From Nitrosopumilaceae archaeon (GTDB lineage: Archaea; Thermoproteota; Nitrososphaeria; Nitrososphaerales; Nitrosopumilaceae), in assembly GCA_965214835.1 (NCBI GenBank), contig CBDCCK010000002.1:384001-448000 (forward strand): 64,000 nucleotides of DNA, read 5' to 3'. Below the pieces are notes generated by a model. The model saw only the letters and a list, made by a program, of their open reading frames with translations. It was not told the DNA's origin and ran no database searches. Shown piece by piece: positions 1 through 11,090 of this stretch. Positions within the stretch are counted from its first letter, which is position 1, and each line of letters opens with the position of its first letter. The translations under genes were made by a program, and so were the position numbers.

Positions 1-148
1 CGGAGGCATCCTTTGAATGTCCTCAAAGCCCAAGCCGCTATAAACCACAAACGCCTTTCCCGGATCGTCTGCGTTTCCTGCGTTTTTCATTGATCTGGTG
101 TGCCTCCCAAAAAATTTGCCAATCGAGTCTCTGATGCATTCACAGTGA

Positions 149-274
149 GGTTGTTTCCTAATTCCACTTGCCTGATTCAATCTGTATGTTTTTCTGAATT
201 TTCGCCCTTTTGCACGCCTGATCCATATGGCATCTCAACGGTTTTCAGGAATTCTGACGAATTAGGAAACAAGC
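149..274 (+). mobile_element. MITE-like element family A, copy 1
   Basis: TIR ggttgtttcctaattc (149-164) / gaattaggaaacaagc (259-274), 15/16 match; internal sequence recurs at 9064, 13625, 37533, 42617. Confidence 0.8.
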
Positions 275-341
275 AGAGTTGAAGTCATGTACCCTGCCGG
301 CTAGGCATGAAAACCACAGCTGCAGGCAAACGTGTGCCTAG

Positions 342-982
342 TTGCTACCTAGGCAGGGCCATCCCATTACCACACCACCAATGCTCCCACATACTGACAA
401 GACAGGAGAGATGCAATACTCCGATGAGGCCGCATTCACGCTTCAGGAACGAGTGAAACACAGCGATCTGGTAATCGAAGGCATGGTGATCAACATGGCA
501 TCGATGAAGCAGATAGATCTGGCCGATGATGATTGCTGGGATTTCATGATCGTCACGGTGAAGGTAAATGGTGTCCTCAAGGGTGAGGCAAAGAAGGAAA
601 CCGTAGACGTGTAGCTGTATGACGGTGAAACTGACGATGTGATGGCTGTATTCGAGAGGCATGTCGTCGGGATCAATGATGATGTCATGATGTTCCTAGA
701 GAAAAATCCAGACGGCATGGCTGATGACAATTAGACGTTATGCGTAATCGATTCAGATCTAGGATTGTTACGAACAAATTTGCCTCATTCAGGTTGATTA
801 CGCATAAAATCTATTATGTCTTGGTCGGCCCAACATCTGGAATGCATCTGATCGAAGAGGACTCTGCCAAGCACTACTACGAAGAAATGTCGTTAACGGC
901 TAGGTGCTATAGATTCACCAAAAGGATCACAGCAGAGCAGACACCCATCAGGGCATACATGAACTTTCTATACCTGGGATGA
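342..982 (+). pseudogene. Degraded hypothetical protein gene (in-frame TAG at 612-614 plus MITE insertion)
   Basis: Frame of ORF 342-614 continues past the TAG (LYDGETDDVMAVFERHV...ADDN); removing 734-811 plus one TA rejoins it in frame to YYVLVGPTSG. Confidence 0.6.
734..811 (+). mobile_element. MITE-like element family C with TA target duplication (IS630/Tc1-like)
   Basis: TA|gacgttatgcgtaatc ... gattacgcataaaatc|TA; related sequence at 18069, 28079 and 31801. Confidence 0.75.
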
Positions 983-997
983 CGTGTTCTCAGCAAG

Positions 998-1423
998 CTA
1001 CTTTACCACCAGTACGGAAACCCTGCACTTGTGCATTACGAAATTCGAGACGCTGCCCAAAAGCACCTCCCTTATGCCCCCAAGATCCCGGGAGCCAATG
1101 ACTACCAGATCAATCCCGTTTTTCCTCTGGTTGGCATAGTTTGAGATGAGCGAGCCCGGGTGTCCCTTGAGGATCTTCGTCTGGACAGATATGTCGCGCT
1201 TTTTTGCGCCGTCCTTGATTTTTTCCAGGGCGTCCTTGGCGTCCGAATACATTGCCTCCTGTGCGACCCTTACGTTGCGGTACGACAGCGGCGAGAAGGG
1301 CAGCACGTAAAGCGCGACCAAGGAGGCCCCGTACTGCTTTGCAATCCCCATGGCCTCGTTGACTGCGTTTTTTGACTTGCTGGACGCATCCACCGGCACC
1401 AGGATTTTTTTATAGTCTGTCAT
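998..1423 (-). CDS. Universal stress protein (UspA family)
   Basis: KILVPVDAS N-terminus; DLVVIGSRDLGGIREVLLGSVSNFV USP signature. Confidence 0.92.
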   Translation of the reverse strand: MTDYKKILVPVDASSKSKNAVNEAMGIAKQYGASLVALYVLPFSPLSYRNVRVAQEAMYSDAKDALEKIKDGAKKRDISVQTKILKGHPGSLISNYANQRKNGIDLVVIGSRDLGGIREVLLGSVSNFVMHKCRVSVLVVK

Positions 1424-1428
1424 TTATC

Positions 1429-1947
1429 TCAGCGCCCCACCTGCAGCCTCTGCTCCTTTCCAAGCACGAGGTTGCGGACCTTGACCATTTTTCTGGCCAG
1501 CATGAATCCCGCGCCGGACATTGAGCTTCCAAGTATGATGTGCAGTATGTTAGAGTCCTGCTGCGGCGCGACAAGCATGACATATGCAAATCCCGCAATC
1601 ATCAGCACCACTCCGAATGCCGCAAACAGGGCCATCATGGTCGGCACCCGCGCAGGAACAGGCGGCAGCGCCTTTTCGTCAGGTGATGACTCTGAAAAAT
1701 CAAGATCCTTGCAGACGTGGCAGCAGCGGTGGCGCTTTTTGTTTTGCCAGGAGGTGGTCAGAAAGAAGAACTCCTGACGGCACGAGTCGCACTTTCTCTT
1801 GGGCAGCGTGATGCGTCCGTTGTCGTCAAAGTCCTGGCCTACCTTTTTCATGCATTCCCTGCAAAAGTATCCGGGAACCCTCCACTGCTTTTGAAAGTTG
1901 TACTTCTTCCAGCCAAGCGTTACATTGCAGCCGGTGCACGAGGTCAT
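1429..1947 (-). CDS. Cys-rich (4x CxxC) protein with two C-terminal TM helices
   Basis: CTGC, CREC, CDSC, CHVC followed by two hydrophobic segments; ATGA overlap with dur3 stop. Confidence 0.75.
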   Translation of the reverse strand: MTSCTGCNVTLGWKKYNFQKQWRVPGYFCRECMKKVGQDFDDNGRITLPKRKCDSCRQEFFFLTTSWQNKKRHRCCHVCKDLDFSESSPDEKALPPVPARVPTMMALFAAFGVVLMIAGFAYVMLVAPQQDSNILHIILGSSMSGAGFMLARKMVKVRNLVLGKEQRLQVGR

Positions 1948-3944
1948 GCGCCCCCTCCTCCCGAGGATTCGGGTGCCTGGTTCTTGCCAAGCACCTGCGC
2001 GATTCCCTTCCTTGCCTCGATTATTGGCAGGAAGATTATGAAGAACGATGCCACGCTGACCCAGACGACAGATATTCCAACCCAGACGCTGTATGCCATT
2101 ATGTCAAATACCATGCCGGATGCAATAAGCGGCATCGGCCACGCGATGATCAGCACCAGTGTCATGATTCCCCCGCCCTTGAGGCTGAACTTGAAAGCCT
2201 TTTTGAGGGTCTCCTCGTTCTCGGTTATCTGGGCAGACTCGGCCTCGGTCAGCTCGACAAGGGTGATCTTCTCCTTGAGATCCTTCCAGTCAAAGGCCGG
2301 CCTCTTTGTAGCAAGGCTTCCAAACACGGTTATCGCACCGCCGGTCAGGATTCCTGCAATGTTTCCAAACAGCATGGAATAGTTGTGACCTAGGCTGTCG
2401 AGGTTGATCTGGCCGCCGTACTCGGGCAGGGATGCGGCGACCGCCAGCCAGGTGGTCAGTGCGACGCCCAGGCCGATTATCGCGCCCGAGGTGGCAGCGA
2501 CCCGGTTTGTCCTCTTCCAGAGAATCGTCAGTGCGATTGGGATTACCGCGGCGCCGATTATGATGCCCATTGCAAGGTATACAAAGCCCAAGCTCAGTCC
2601 CATGTACAGCAGCATTACTGCAAGGCCCCCCATTCCTAGGCCGAACCCGACAATCGTCGCCCTGGAAACCTTGACGAGCTTTTTGCCGGAGGCATTGGGA
2701 TTCTTGTACGTCCGGTAAATATCATATGTAATCAGCGAGGAGACGGCAATCAGCTCCGCAGATCCCGCGGACGTTACTGCCATGAACAGCATCGTGAGCA
2801 CCATGATTGCGCCGACCTCGCCCATGAGCGCAGTTGCGGCGGCAGGAACCACCAGCCCCAGCTGGACCTGTGCGGGCGTCAGGTCAACGTCCAGCGCGAC
2901 TGCCGTGAGCCCCATCGTCGTGGCCAGGGTAAACGGAATTGCAAACCAGCATGCGCCGCCAAGCAGAAAGCCCTTTACGGTGGAGGACGGCTTTGCGGCA
3001 ATCGCCCTCTGCCAGTATGCCTGATCAACGAAGACGGTTCCAAAGTTTCCCACTATATTGATGATGCCAAACATCAGGCCGCCGATTGAGGCCATCGTCA
3101 GGAACGCGCCTGCGGCATTGCCCTCGATGGGCCTCAGCTCTGCTGCCTCTACAAGCTTGTGGTACATTCCCTCGACGCCGCCGGTGATATCGCTGTTGAC
3201 GTATACGGCCGCAACAAACGTCAGGATCACGACGAATATGATTATAGTGTGCATATAGTCGGCAACAAAGGTTGCCTTGAGGCCGCCGACTAGGGTGTAG
3301 ATCATCACGCCGACTGGAATCAAAAAGGCGGCAAGGGAGATGTCCATTCCAGTCAGGCCGTTGACTACTGCGGAGCCGCCAAGAAGAAGCATGGCAGTTA
3401 CGATCATGTTGGTAGTCAGCGCAAATACAAGGAACACCTTGTGCGAGCCGTCGCCATACCGCGCGCGAATGATTTCTAGGAACGTGTGCGCGTTTGGCGC
3501 CTTGCGTTTTAGCTCGATGGCCAGGATTCCAAACAGGAGAACCTGGATTGATGCGCCTGCAGCATACCAGAACGGGCCGCTGATCCCGTACTGGTATGCC
3601 ACCGTGGAGGACTGGAGCAGAGTTGCCGCCCAGGTCCAGGCAGAGACGATTGCGGCCGCAGTCAGCCCGGTCTTGATGGTGCGGCCCGCAGTATTGAACA
3701 TCTCGGAGGTCTGGTTGACGCCGAGGTATCTCTCCTCGATCTTTACCTCGATTGTAATGATGACGGCAAACACCGCGCCCAGGCCGACGACGACTGCCCA
3801 GCCTATCCATTCAGGCAGGGCCTCGCCGATTGCAAACCCCTCTGAGATCTCGCCTGCACCAAAGGCTGCCTGGGGGAAGCACACAGCAACTACGGCAGCT
3901 ATGGCAAAAAATGGAAGAATACCTACGAGCTTTCCAGGCACCAT
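1944..3944 (-). CDS. dur3: DUR3-type urea active transporter (sodium:solute symporter family), copy 1
   Basis: SEMFNTAGR, SAWTWAATLLQSS, GISGPFWYAAGA and GNFGTVFVDQAYWQRAIAA motifs; directly downstream of ureC; start could be 3953. Confidence 0.9.
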   Translation of the reverse strand: MVPGKLVGILPFFAIAAVVAVCFPQAAFGAGEISEGFAIGEALPEWIGWAVVVGLGAVFAVIITIEVKIEERYLGVNQTSEMFNTAGRTIKTGLTAAAIVSAWTWAATLLQSSTVAYQYGISGPFWYAAGASIQVLLFGILAIELKRKAPNAHTFLEIIRARYGDGSHKVFLVFALTTNMIVTAMLLLGGSAVVNGLTGMDISLAAFLIPVGVMIYTLVGGLKATFVADYMHTIIIFVVILTFVAAVYVNSDITGGVEGMYHKLVEAAELRPIEGNAAGAFLTMASIGGLMFGIINIVGNFGTVFVDQAYWQRAIAAKPSSTVKGFLLGGACWFAIPFTLATTMGLTAVALDVDLTPAQVQLGLVVPAAATALMGEVGAIMVLTMLFMAVTSAGSAELIAVSSLITYDIYRTYKNPNASGKKLVKVSRATIVGFGLGMGGLAVMLLYMGLSLGFVYLAMGIIIGAAVIPIALTILWKRTNRVAATSGAIIGLGVALTTWLAVAASLPEYGGQINLDSLGHNYSMLFGNIAGILTGGAITVFGSLATKRPAFDWKDLKEKITLVELTEAESAQITENEETLKKAFKFSLKGGGIMTLVLIIAWPMPLIASGMVFDIMAYSVWVGISVVWVSVASFFIIFLPIIEARKGIAQVLGKNQAPESSGGGGA

Positions 3945-4048
3945 GAAACCCAATGTGGCGGGATTTACTTAGCAGTTCAAGAGGTTGGTTTCTTTAAATA
4001 TAAAACGCCTGATCGGGTGCCGGGGTTTCAGTCGATGTCGGCAAAAAA

Positions 4049-5757
<1,709 letters not shown>

Positions 5758-5761
<4 letters not shown>

Positions 5762-6135
5762 AAAGAGACCTCCCTGAATCCCCTCTCCCTTGCCCTTTGA
5801 AGCGCCTCCGTCCTTTTCTCGTCCAGGTCCCCGTTGACCATCCCGCTGAATCCAAAGACGATCCTTTTTCCGCCGTACTCGACAAGATCCACCTCCCGGG
5901 AGTCACCCGGCTCGAATCTTACAGACGTTCCCGCAGGGATGTTGAGATGAAACCCATAGGCCTTTTCCCTTGCAAAGGAGAGCGCCTTGTTTGCCTCAAA
6001 AAAGTGCGTGTGCGAGCCGACCTGGACCGGCCTGTCGCCCGTGTTGGATACACGCAGGGTGACGGTGTTTCTTCCCACGTTGGCAAGGATCTCGCCGTCA
6101 GATATCATGTACTCGCCGGGCCTCATGCATATCAC
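5758..6135 (-). CDS. ureB: Urease beta subunit
   Basis: [33 protein letters not shown]. Confidence 0.96.
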
Positions 6136-6434
6136 ACTATGGGGTCGTGGACCGTGACCAGCTTTGTCCCGTCCTCAAAGGTGGCCTCCACCTGAATCGA
6201 ATGAATCAGCTCCGGGACGCCGGGCAGCACGTCATCCTTTGAGAGGACCCTCCTTCCGGAGCTCATAAGGTCGGAGACGGATCTTCCGTCGCGCGCGCCC
6301 TCCAGGATGTGATCCGTGATTAGCGCCACGGCCTCCGGATGGTTTAGCTTCAGGCCCCTGTCCTTTCTGCGCCCGGCAAGCTGTGCTGCTAGAAAGACAT
6401 GCAGCTTGTCCATCTCCCGGGGGGTAAGCATCAT
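6132..6434 (-). CDS. ureA: Urease gamma subunit
   Basis: [39 protein letters not shown]. Confidence 0.97.
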   Translation of the reverse strand: MMLTPREMDKLHVFLAAQLAGRRKDRGLKLNHPEAVALITDHILEGARDGRSVSDLMSSGRRVLSKDDVLPGVPELIHSIQVEATFEDGTKLVTVHDPIV

Positions 6435-6473
6435 TGAAGCGACTAGCCGGTCAATGTATTTAATAGTTAAAGG

Positions 6474-6594
6474 CAGTCTTCACAGATGTAACCGATTCGT
6501 GGCGGCGCAGGCGGTGGCGTACGGATCTGCAGGCAGCCTTGCTTGAACTGTTTCGGGTTTGAGGTCGTTTTGTGGGGAAATTTTGGGAAGACTG
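6474..6594 (-). mobile_element. MITE-like element family B
   Basis: cagtcttcaca ... tgggaagactg termini; reverse complement aligns with 8927-9051 and 42773-42892. Confidence 0.7.
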
Positions 6595-6700
6595 TACGGC
6601 ATCTCTTCAAACGATTCTCAGATTGAAGACAATCGTGCGCCTGTTCTGTCCCTCGGAGTTTGGTCGCATATCTGTGTCATGGGAGACATATTCCAGCGTG

Positions 6701-8118
6701 TCAGTAGTTCCTCGATGTACTTTTGCAGGCACGATAATTACGCAATTTGCCGAGATTTTTTGACCATCATACTATAGATCAGGCGGTGTGCCAACCATCA
6801 TCATGTCAGTAACACAAAACGACGTGTTTGCACACCAGTTTGACATAACATCGAGACAGTTTAAAACATTGCGACGGCGGTTTCCCAAGCTCGGGCTGGC
6901 CGTCTCAAAGAGTCGCAACGCAGTGTATGACCACATCGACGCACTGCGCGTTCTATATTTCATGTCTGAGAGGAGGATGTTTGCAGAATCTGCCGTGACG
7001 CACCTTCGCAGGCGGGCCTCAAAATGCAGCAGGCAGCAGCATGACGACGGGGCTGCCTCCAAGGGCGGCGCGTATAGTTGCCGTACGCCTAGTCCGGACT
7101 GGATCCTAAAGGCGATCCGGGGCGTCAGCCTGGATGATGCGCAAAAGTGGTGCAGCTCCATGCTGCAGCATACGGTAAGGTGCGCCCGCAGGTCAGGCAT
7201 GCTGCACAACACGGACGTCGTGGCAGTGGACGTTACCGACGTGGAATACTATGGCAAGGGCCTGGAGGATATCGCCAGAAAGTCAAAGCCCAAGAACGGC
7301 ACGTCGACGTTTCTCTCGCACATTACCATGCACGGAATAGGATCAGATGACGGGTCTGACCTCGTGCTTTCCTCGCTGCAGCTTCCAAAAGAGGCAAAAC
7401 TGGCCGATTTCGTGCCTAAAATGATCCGCAAGGCGTCCAGATCAGGGATGAGGATCAAGACGTTCCTGTATGACCGCGGGTTCTTTAACGTGGACTGCAT
7501 GAGGGCTGCAGAAACAAGCACGGGCAGCTACATCATGCCTGCCGTCAAGAACAGGAGGATAGTGGCGGCAATAGAGGAGCATGACCGCGGAGAACGCGGT
7601 GCGGTATCAAAATATACAATGACCAACAAGGACGGCAAGAGCGCCACATTCAGGCTAGTCATTGTGGAAAAGGACGAGGTAGAAAAGGACGGCACGGCAG
7701 CAGCAAAGAAGGACAAGGCAGAAGAGACCATAGCCGACAGGTATCTGGTCTTTGCCACCAACATGTCTGCTAAAAGTGCAGAGGCAGTCATTGAGCAGAT
7801 ACCGGAGGAGTACCGCAGTCGGTGGGGAATCGAGACCGGGTTCAGGGTGATCAAGGGGATAATGGGCAAGACGTGCAGCAATTCCCCGGTCGTCAGGCTG
7901 CTGCTGTTCTATATGTCTGTCATACTGTACAACCTGTGGAGGACTGCCGTGTTCATAGACGTGGAATCCAAGTGGGACGGATTTGCAGGAGGGAAGGGGT
8001 TTACCATGATGCTGTTTGTCGCGTGCATTGTCGATGCGGCCGACTCGTTTGTAAACGATCGCGGAAAGTAGCGGAGGTGCCGTGTCGGGTCTGCAAAAGT
8101 ACATCTAGGAAGTACTGA
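6701..8118 (+). mobile_element. ISH3-like (IS4 superfamily) insertion sequence
   Basis: 28-bp TIRs 6701-6728 and 8091-8118 (26/28 match) around a DDE transposase; no target duplication visible. Confidence 0.88.
6788..8071 (+). CDS. DDE transposase, ISH3/IS4-like
   Basis: VAVDVTDVEYYG, LYDRGFF, YRSRWGIETGFR. Confidence 0.9.
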   Translation: MPTIIMSVTQNDVFAHQFDITSRQFKTLRRRFPKLGLAVSKSRNAVYDHIDALRVLYFMSERRMFAESAVTHLRRRASKCSRQQHDDGAASKGGAYSCRTPSPDWILKAIRGVSLDDAQKWCSSMLQHTVRCARRSGMLHNTDVVAVDVTDVEYYGKGLEDIARKSKPKNGTSTFLSHITMHGIGSDDGSDLVLSSLQLPKEAKLADFVPKMIRKASRSGMRIKTFLYDRGFFNVDCMRAAETSTGSYIMPAVKNRRIVAAIEEHDRGERGAVSKYTMTNKDGKSATFRLVIVEKDEVEKDGTAAAKKDKAEETIADRYLVFATNMSAKSAEAVIEQIPEEYRSRWGIETGFRVIKGIMGKTCSNSPVVRLLLFYMSVILYNLWRTAVFIDVESKWDGFAGGKGFTMMLFVACIVDAADSFVNDRGK

Positions 8119-8844
8119 TATGGACAGTTTGATTTAGAACGAATCATTCTTACATTGAGACAGACTCCAACAGGAAATCGTATTTGCGTAGATCAGAAGG
8201 GTAAGGATGCCATTGAAAATTATAGATTGGGAAGATATTTGATGCATGCTCAAGTATACGAACATCATGCACGTGTAGCAGCCGATCAAATGTTTCTCAA
8301 AGCACTAAAATTTGCCACAGATGATGAAATTATTGATAAAAAGACACTAACCACTTCCAAATCTTGCTCTCATAAAAAATTCTTGGACTATTATTTGAAA
8401 TTAGACGATCGTGGAATTTACCAAATGATTCTTGAGAAAGGAAAATCCAGATCTGCAAAAATTCTTAACGCGATAAAGTGTAGAAAGTTGCTTAAACGGG
8501 CATGTGACTATACATTAGGATCAAAGGAAGACTATGAAGCAAGTGAAAAAATTTTAAGATTGGATGGTGAAAAATTTGCAAATGAGCTTGCCGCTGCAAC
8601 CAAAATAAACCCTGCAGACGTTATTGTTAAAGTATCCAAAATCACGATTAAATTATATGATAAGGGGGATATTTTGGTTTTACAGAAAGGCATTCCATTA
8701 GATTTGAATGGCTTGTCCCCAATCTCCTCTGAGAACTCTATCACAAAGCTAATCATATTTGGTCCTAGAGATGACAAACAGCGAAAAAAACTAACAAAGG
8801 AAGTTTCAAATTACCTAAAAATCCCCATGAAAAACATCATATGA
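8119..8844 (+). pseudogene. 5'-truncated HD-superfamily phosphohydrolase (YdhJ/SAMHD1-like C-terminal half)
   Basis: Frame begins at the IS right end with YGQFDLERIILTLR, then AIENYRLGRYLMHAQVYEHH and LDD; the HD catalytic N-terminus is missing; AT-rich. Confidence 0.7.
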
Positions 8845-8926
8845 ATGCCTGCCCCACTCGCAATTTCTGCAAATTCGGCAAAAATAGTAACAGGTTGGGC
8901 TCTAGAAGCTCAGACGTGAATCTTGC

Positions 8927-9051
8927 CACTGCTTCCCGAAGTAACCCGTAAAGCGATTCTAAAACTCGAAACAGTTCAAACCAAGCTGCCTGAGGATCCG
9001 CATATGGCCGTCTTCTGCACTGCGGTGAGTCTGGTACATTTGGGAAGACTG
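8927..9051 (+). mobile_element. MITE-like element family B (diverged)
   Basis: cgaaacagttcaa...gctgcctg.ggatccg core and tgggaagactg end shared with the other B copies. Confidence 0.6.
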
Positions 9052-9063
9052 TCGTACGAGCGC

Positions 9064-9187
9064 GGTTGTCCCATGATTCACCAGAATTCCTGAAAACCAC
9101 GGGGTGTCATCTGGACTAGGCATGCAAGGGGTGGGAATTCAGAAAAGCGTGCAGATTGAGTCAAACAGCCGAAATTGCGCGACAACC
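9064..9187 (-). mobile_element. MITE-like element family A (diverged)
   Basis: ggttgtc ... gacaacc ends; agaattcctgaaaacc and aattcagaaaagcgtgcagatt match copy 42617-42741. Confidence 0.65.
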
Positions 9188-9233
9188 TCCATACGATCTA
9201 AGAAAATATAACTCATCAGAGCTATCAGATACC

Positions 9234-9734
9234 ATGCTGAGTGTAACCTCCGTTTCCGGAAATATTTTTCATGGCGGGAGGTACAAGTCGCTAAAGGACG
9301 GGGGGTTCGAGCGGTTCAAGGTCTCACGCGCAGAGCTTGAAAAAAGCCGCATCAGAAGGCAGACGGACAGGGGAACGGACGTCGGCCTGGCCCTCGCCCC
9401 GGGCGGGATCCTGCACCATGGTGACGTACTGCTGTCATCAGGTGACGGGAGGGTCATAGTTGTCGAGCAGCTGCCAGAAAAGGTAATCTCCGTCAGGCTC
9501 AAAAACAGCAAGGCGTCCCGGGTCGATCTTCTGGTGCTTGTTGGACACATTATAGGAAACAGGCACAGGCCAATCTCAATAAAAAACGACGTTATCTACT
9601 TTCCAATCCAGGCAGACTCTGAGCTTGAGGTGTTTCAAAGACTGTTTGCAGGCGTGATCGACGGCATCGAGTTGTCGGTTGGCGAGATGGTCTTTAGTCC
9701 GCATGCGGGGGCAGGTGTACACGACCATGGATGA
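9234..9734 (+). CDS. ureE: Urease accessory protein UreE
   Basis: KSRIRRQTDRGTDVGL, LHHGDVL, GHIIGNRHRP, C-terminal HDH. Confidence 0.9.
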   Translation: MLSVTSVSGNIFHGGRYKSLKDGGFERFKVSRAELEKSRIRRQTDRGTDVGLALAPGGILHHGDVLLSSGDGRVIVVEQLPEKVISVRLKNSKASRVDLLVLVGHIIGNRHRPISIKNDVIYFPIQADSELEVFQRLFAGVIDGIELSVGEMVFSPHAGAGVHDHG

Positions 9735-10422
9735 TCCTGCAGTGGAGCTTGGCATGATGCAGCTGTCCGACTCGTTTTTTCCCACGGGGCTGTTTGCGAC
9801 CTCAAACGGCCTGGAAAGCCTGTTTATGGACGGGAGGGTCACCTCCGCGCACGAGCTGGCCGAGTTCAGCAGGGTATGCCTTGAGCAGCAGGTGGGGCCG
9901 TCTGACTGCATAGCCCTCTCAAACGCATATGGTTTTGCAGAGTCCTCAGACCGCAAGGGCATCAGGGAGCTGGACGCAATATGCGCCTCCATGCGGGCGG
10001 TAAAGGAGGCCAGGGACGCGTCCCTGAGATCCGGGGCCCAGCTGGCAAGGTGCGTCAGGGGGTTTCAAGGCGGCGACGGGCTCCTGGGCTGGTACTATAA
10101 TGAGATTAAAAACGGGGGCGTCGCCGGCTCCTATCCCGTCTCGTTTGCAGTATGCTGCAACGCGCTGGGAATAAAAAGGGAAAAGGCGCTGCTGATGCTG
10201 CTTTACGGCTTTGTTGCAAGCAACGTGGGCGCCGCACTGCGTCTGGGAATGATCCAGCACCTTGAGGGCCAAAGGGTCATCCACGAGTTGAAACCGGTGA
10301 TGGCAAGGGTCGCACGGATGTACTCGGACAGGACGGTCGCGGACATGTGGCAGTTCGCACCGCAGATCGAAATCAACCAGATGTCACATGAGGGGATGGA
10401 CTCTAAGATGTTCATCACATGA
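9727..10422 (+). CDS. ureF: Urease accessory protein UreF
   Basis: QLSDSFFPTGLFATSNGLE, GQRV, C-terminal HE..SKMFIT. Confidence 0.92.
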   Translation: MDDPAVELGMMQLSDSFFPTGLFATSNGLESLFMDGRVTSAHELAEFSRVCLEQQVGPSDCIALSNAYGFAESSDRKGIRELDAICASMRAVKEARDASLRSGAQLARCVRGFQGGDGLLGWYYNEIKNGGVAGSYPVSFAVCCNALGIKREKALLMLLYGFVASNVGAALRLGMIQHLEGQRVIHELKPVMARVARMYSDRTVADMWQFAPQIEINQMSHEGMDSKMFIT

Positions 10423-10433
10423 GGCGCATCAGG

Positions 10434-11081
10434 ATGACAAGAATCCCGAGGATAGGCATCGGCGGCCCCGTCGGCTCTGGAAAAAGCATGCTTATCGAGA
10501 GGGTCGTTCCGGTACTGGCGGGGAAGGGCTACAGCGTCAGCGTGATCTCCAATGACGTCATCTCAAAGGAGGATGCAGACAGGATGAGGGAGAACCTGGC
10601 CACAAACCGCGGACTGCTGCCCGAGAACCTCGTGATCGGCCTTGCCACGGGGGGATGCCCGCACACGGCAATCAGGGAGGATCCATCGATGAACATCGCG
10701 GTAATAGAGGAGCTAGAGGAGAGCCACCACGAGCTGGATCTCATCATAATAGAGAGCGGGGGGGACAACATAACGACGACATTCAGCCCGATCCTTGCCG
10801 ATTACTTTATCTACATTATCGACGTTGCAGGGGGCGACAAGTATCCCAGAAAGGGGGGGCTGGGAATCGAGAGCTGCGACCTCTTGGCAATCAACAAGAC
10901 TGACCTGGCGCCGCTCGTGGGTGCGGATTTAGACGTCATGAAAAACGACGCCCGGAAGCTGAGAAAGGACAAGCCGTTTTTGTTGATAAACTGTAAAACC
11001 GACGAGGGAATAGGGGAGGTGGCTCAGCACATCATCCACGACGTGCTGTTTGACGCGCAGCCAAAGGCCGGCGCCTCCTGA
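10434..11081 (+). CDS. ureG: Urease accessory GTPase UreG
   Basis: GGPVGSGKS, TGGCPHTAIRED, ESGGDN, NKTD. Confidence 0.96.
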   Translation: MTRIPRIGIGGPVGSGKSMLIERVVPVLAGKGYSVSVISNDVISKEDADRMRENLATNRGLLPENLVIGLATGGCPHTAIREDPSMNIAVIEELEESHHELDLIIIESGGDNITTTFSPILADYFIYIIDVAGGDKYPRKGGLGIESCDLLAINKTDLAPLVGADLDVMKNDARKLRKDKPFLLINCKTDEGIGEVAQHIIHDVLFDAQPKAGAS

Positions 11082-11090
11082 CGCAGGAAA

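Noticed and set aside
6432-6456. CATTGA-N13-TCAATG palindrome at the ureA start
   Set aside because: Only 6-bp arms, overlaps the start codon and is not repeated at other ure promoters; may be chance
9156-9233. Longer UreE start at TTG 9156
   Set aside because: Lies inside MITE A; ATG 9234 follows an AT-rich promoter-like tract
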